NCBI RefSeq assembly: GCF_006345805.1
Contig: NW_021836238.1
Coordinates: 1-23,888 of the forward strand
Direction: 5' to 3'
Length of the DNA stretch: 23,888 bases
Source: Octopus sinensis
Taxonomy: Eukaryota
The stretch's first letter is position 1. The number at the start of each line of letters is the position of its first letter. The notes below the pieces were generated by a model that did not search any database, was not told the origin of the DNA, and saw only the letters and a program-made list of their open reading frames with translations. Positions 21,267-23,888 of this stretch are shown here, piece by piece. Made by a program: the position numbers and the translations under genes.

Positions 21267-21388
21267 ATATAAATATATGAAAGAATGGAGTTGAACGACG
21301 AATTAACAAAATTCCTTTATTTTCGACATATGTTTCGAAGGAATTTTGTTAATTCGTCGTTCAACTCCATTCTTTCATATATTTATAT
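21267..21388. repeat. Perfect 51-bp inverted repeat with a 20-bp spacer
   Basis: 21267-21317 is the exact reverse complement of 21338-21388. Confidence 0.97.
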
Positions 21389-21536
21389 TTAAAAAAAAAA
21401 AAAACAACCTCCAAATTTCCACACGAAAGCACGTAACTTCAACGTGTCTTCTCTGATGTGAATGTTGCTACCCAGGTATCGGTTAACCGAATATCCATAA
21501 CAAGATAATCATTCATTCACTACTCAATATATATAC

Positions 21537-21568
<32 letters not shown>

Positions 21569-21623
21569 GGAGATAGAGAAGAGAGAGAGATATGCATATA
21601 TATATAAATGTATGTATGTATAA

Positions 21624-21667
<44 letters not shown>

Positions 21668-21745
21668 TATATATATATGTGGTATGTATGTATATATATA
21701 TATATATAGATACGCATATATATATGTGTTGTGTGCGTGTGTGTA

Positions 21746-21935
21746 CGAGGTGTGATCAATAAGTATCCAGAGTGGTGCTATTAAAAAATTGCAGCACGAG
21801 GGGAGCGATGACTACCCCTCGCAAATACTAATCGGACATAGACAGTGTGTCGTTAGCCAGATGAAGGAGGTGTCTTCCTGAAGCAAAAAAAATAACAGTA
21901 ACATCGCCCTCCTATGGGACCACCACATTTAGTAG
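21746..21935 (+). mobile_element. Mariner-like transposon end fragment
   Basis: TA followed by cgaggtgtgatcaataagtatcc resembles a mariner TIR. No partner TIR is seen in the window and the right boundary is a guess. Confidence 0.55.
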
Positions 21936-21977
21936 GCAATATATTAATATATATATATATATATATATATACATAAC

Positions 21978-22100
21978 AGGTTTCTTCCTATGTACCAAAT
22001 CCACTCAGAAAGGCTTGGTCGGCCCGAGGCTATAGTTGAAGACACTCGCCCAAGGTGCTCGCAGTAGGACTGAACAACGGAACTATGTTTTGGGAAGCAA
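21978..22100 (-). mobile_element. SINE family D 5' fragment
   Basis: accaaatccactcagaaaggcttggtcggcccgaggctatagttgaagacactcgcccaaggtgc...gactgaac. Confidence 0.8.
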
Positions 22101-22276
22101 TATGCATATGTATATGTATATACATATACATATATATATAATATATATATGCATATGTTATATGTATATACATATACATATATATATATATACATATATC
22201 TATGCATATGTTATGTAATACATAATACATATATATATATGCATATGTATATGTATATATGTATATATGTATATAC

Positions 22277-22354
<78 letters not shown>

Positions 22355-22979
22355 AAATATGCCTTCCGGAAATACATATACCATATTTCTGGTAAATAAA
22401 CGGATTGTCTTTCTCGTTGTTACTTTCATTAACTTAACTCTCTCAGTAATACAAAACATATTCTTTTTGCATTTTTCATTTTTATCTTTATTTTTATTTC
22501 TATATATTTATTTATTTATCTATTTTATTGTCGTAAATGCTACGAGACATCGCAGGTGAGAAATGTCAACCATCAGAAGAAGCAACTTGTACATAGCCCT
22601 CGAAGTAGAGTTGGAAAGATCAAAATAATGAAATCGCTTAAACGGACGAAACAACCGGAGCTGCTCTCACCTTGCTCCGTCTTCACCTCATCTCAGCATA
22701 AATAAACTGGTTGATTTGACAAGAGCGAAACGTAAACCTACTGGATTACAGGAATAACAAAGAATGGTAAAACTAGCTTGAAGCAGCTCGTAGATAAATG
22801 CTTAATAAATTATGACATTTCAAGTAGTGTTTGTTTAGCTTTCTTTCACGCTACGACTATTTATTTTTTCTTATTCACATCAAATTATTCGGAGAACAAC
22901 GGCTCGAAGCGAAATATGACAAGGGGGGAAGAAAAAACATTGTTAGAGCTTGGGCGGTATGACGTCTTGCGATTATACG

Positions 22980-23044
22980 TGATGCGTACACACATGCACA
23001 CGCAAAAATATGTATGTATGTGCGTGTGTGTGTGTGTGTGTGTG

Positions 23045-23075
<31 letters not shown>

Positions 23076-23164
23076 TGTGTATGTATGTATGTATGTATGT
23101 ATGCATGTATTCATGTATTCATGCATTATGTATAGTACTGCTATCCCTAAACGAAATCTTAAGC

Positions 23165-23195
<31 letters not shown>

Positions 23196-23200
23196 TATAA

Positions 23201-23238
<38 letters not shown>

Positions 23239-23291
23239 CATACATACATACATATACATATATACATATATATATATATATTCATATATAT

Positions 23292-23326
<35 letters not shown>

Positions 23327-23512
23327 TCATATATATATATATATAATATATATATACACAATATATATATGCACCGCACACACACACACATAAGTGTGTG
23401 TGTATGTATGTATGTAATATATGAGCATACACATACATATATATGTCTATATGTCTATACATATATATGTATATCATGTGTGTACATATATATATATATA
23501 ATATATATGTAT

Positions 23513-23554
<42 letters not shown>

Positions 23555-23610
23555 TATATATATAGTATATATATATATATATATATATATCTATATAAAC
23601 TTATTTTACA
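22980..23610. repeat. (TG)n/(TATG)n/(TA)n microsatellite block
   Basis: Directly visible. Confidence 0.95.
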
Positions 23611-23888
23611 TATATAAACCATACAGATGCATATGTATACAATATACCACAGAGGCACTCACACAAAAGCATACATACCACACCCATACACCCCCTAGTA
23701 TACAAGCGTGCGTACACATATTTCAACATGAAAACTCTTGATAAAAACGACGTTTTCTGTTTATTATTACAAAGCATAAAGGAACACACGAGGTGGTGTG
23801 TTCTCTGTTGTTCTCGACGGTGGGCATTCACATGTTTAAACCTAGGGAACTCTTGTTTGTGAAATATTAATATGGAAGTAGTTCGGAA

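Noticed and set aside
22709-22738. Possible decayed hammerhead (ggtt...gagcGAAACGUAaacc)
   Set aside because: GAAA, a GUA triplet and a 4-bp stem I are present, but the CUGANGA core and the 5' strand of stem II are missing; it could be chance.
22671-22740. Minus-strand exon-like segment with good acceptor and AAG|gtgaga donor
   Set aside because: All three frames contain stops; at most a UTR exon, unsupported without RNA data.

Overview
AT-rich, repeat-saturated eukaryotic DNA, most likely intronic or intergenic sequence from an octopus genome. This is inferred from the tRNA-derived SINE families and the very dense microsatellites; I cannot confirm the species. No ORF in the supplied track looks like a complete real gene: nearly all are microsatellite or transposon read-through. 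The window holds at least five tRNA-headed SINE-like families (called A-E here), LINE remnants (CR1-type, RTE/Expander-type and one unassigned 3' end), two Helitron-like elements, a Tc1/mariner MITE and a mariner end. There are also two candidate exons that the ORF track misses: a kinase-C-lobe-like exon on + at 11165-11375 and a 48-nt exon on - at 19730-19777. Main leads: (1) a tRNA-headed SINE-like element carrying a complete minimal hammerhead ribozyme (6571-6616, minus strand) and a Penelope-like inverted 5' duplication, plus a second fold-back holding half a hammerhead (21267-21388); (2) SINE family A appears to insert at a GGTATT motif that lies in its own head, building nested arrays, and it shares its 3' tail with a LINE remnant in this window; (3) a SINE flanked by an apparent 112-114 bp target-site duplication.
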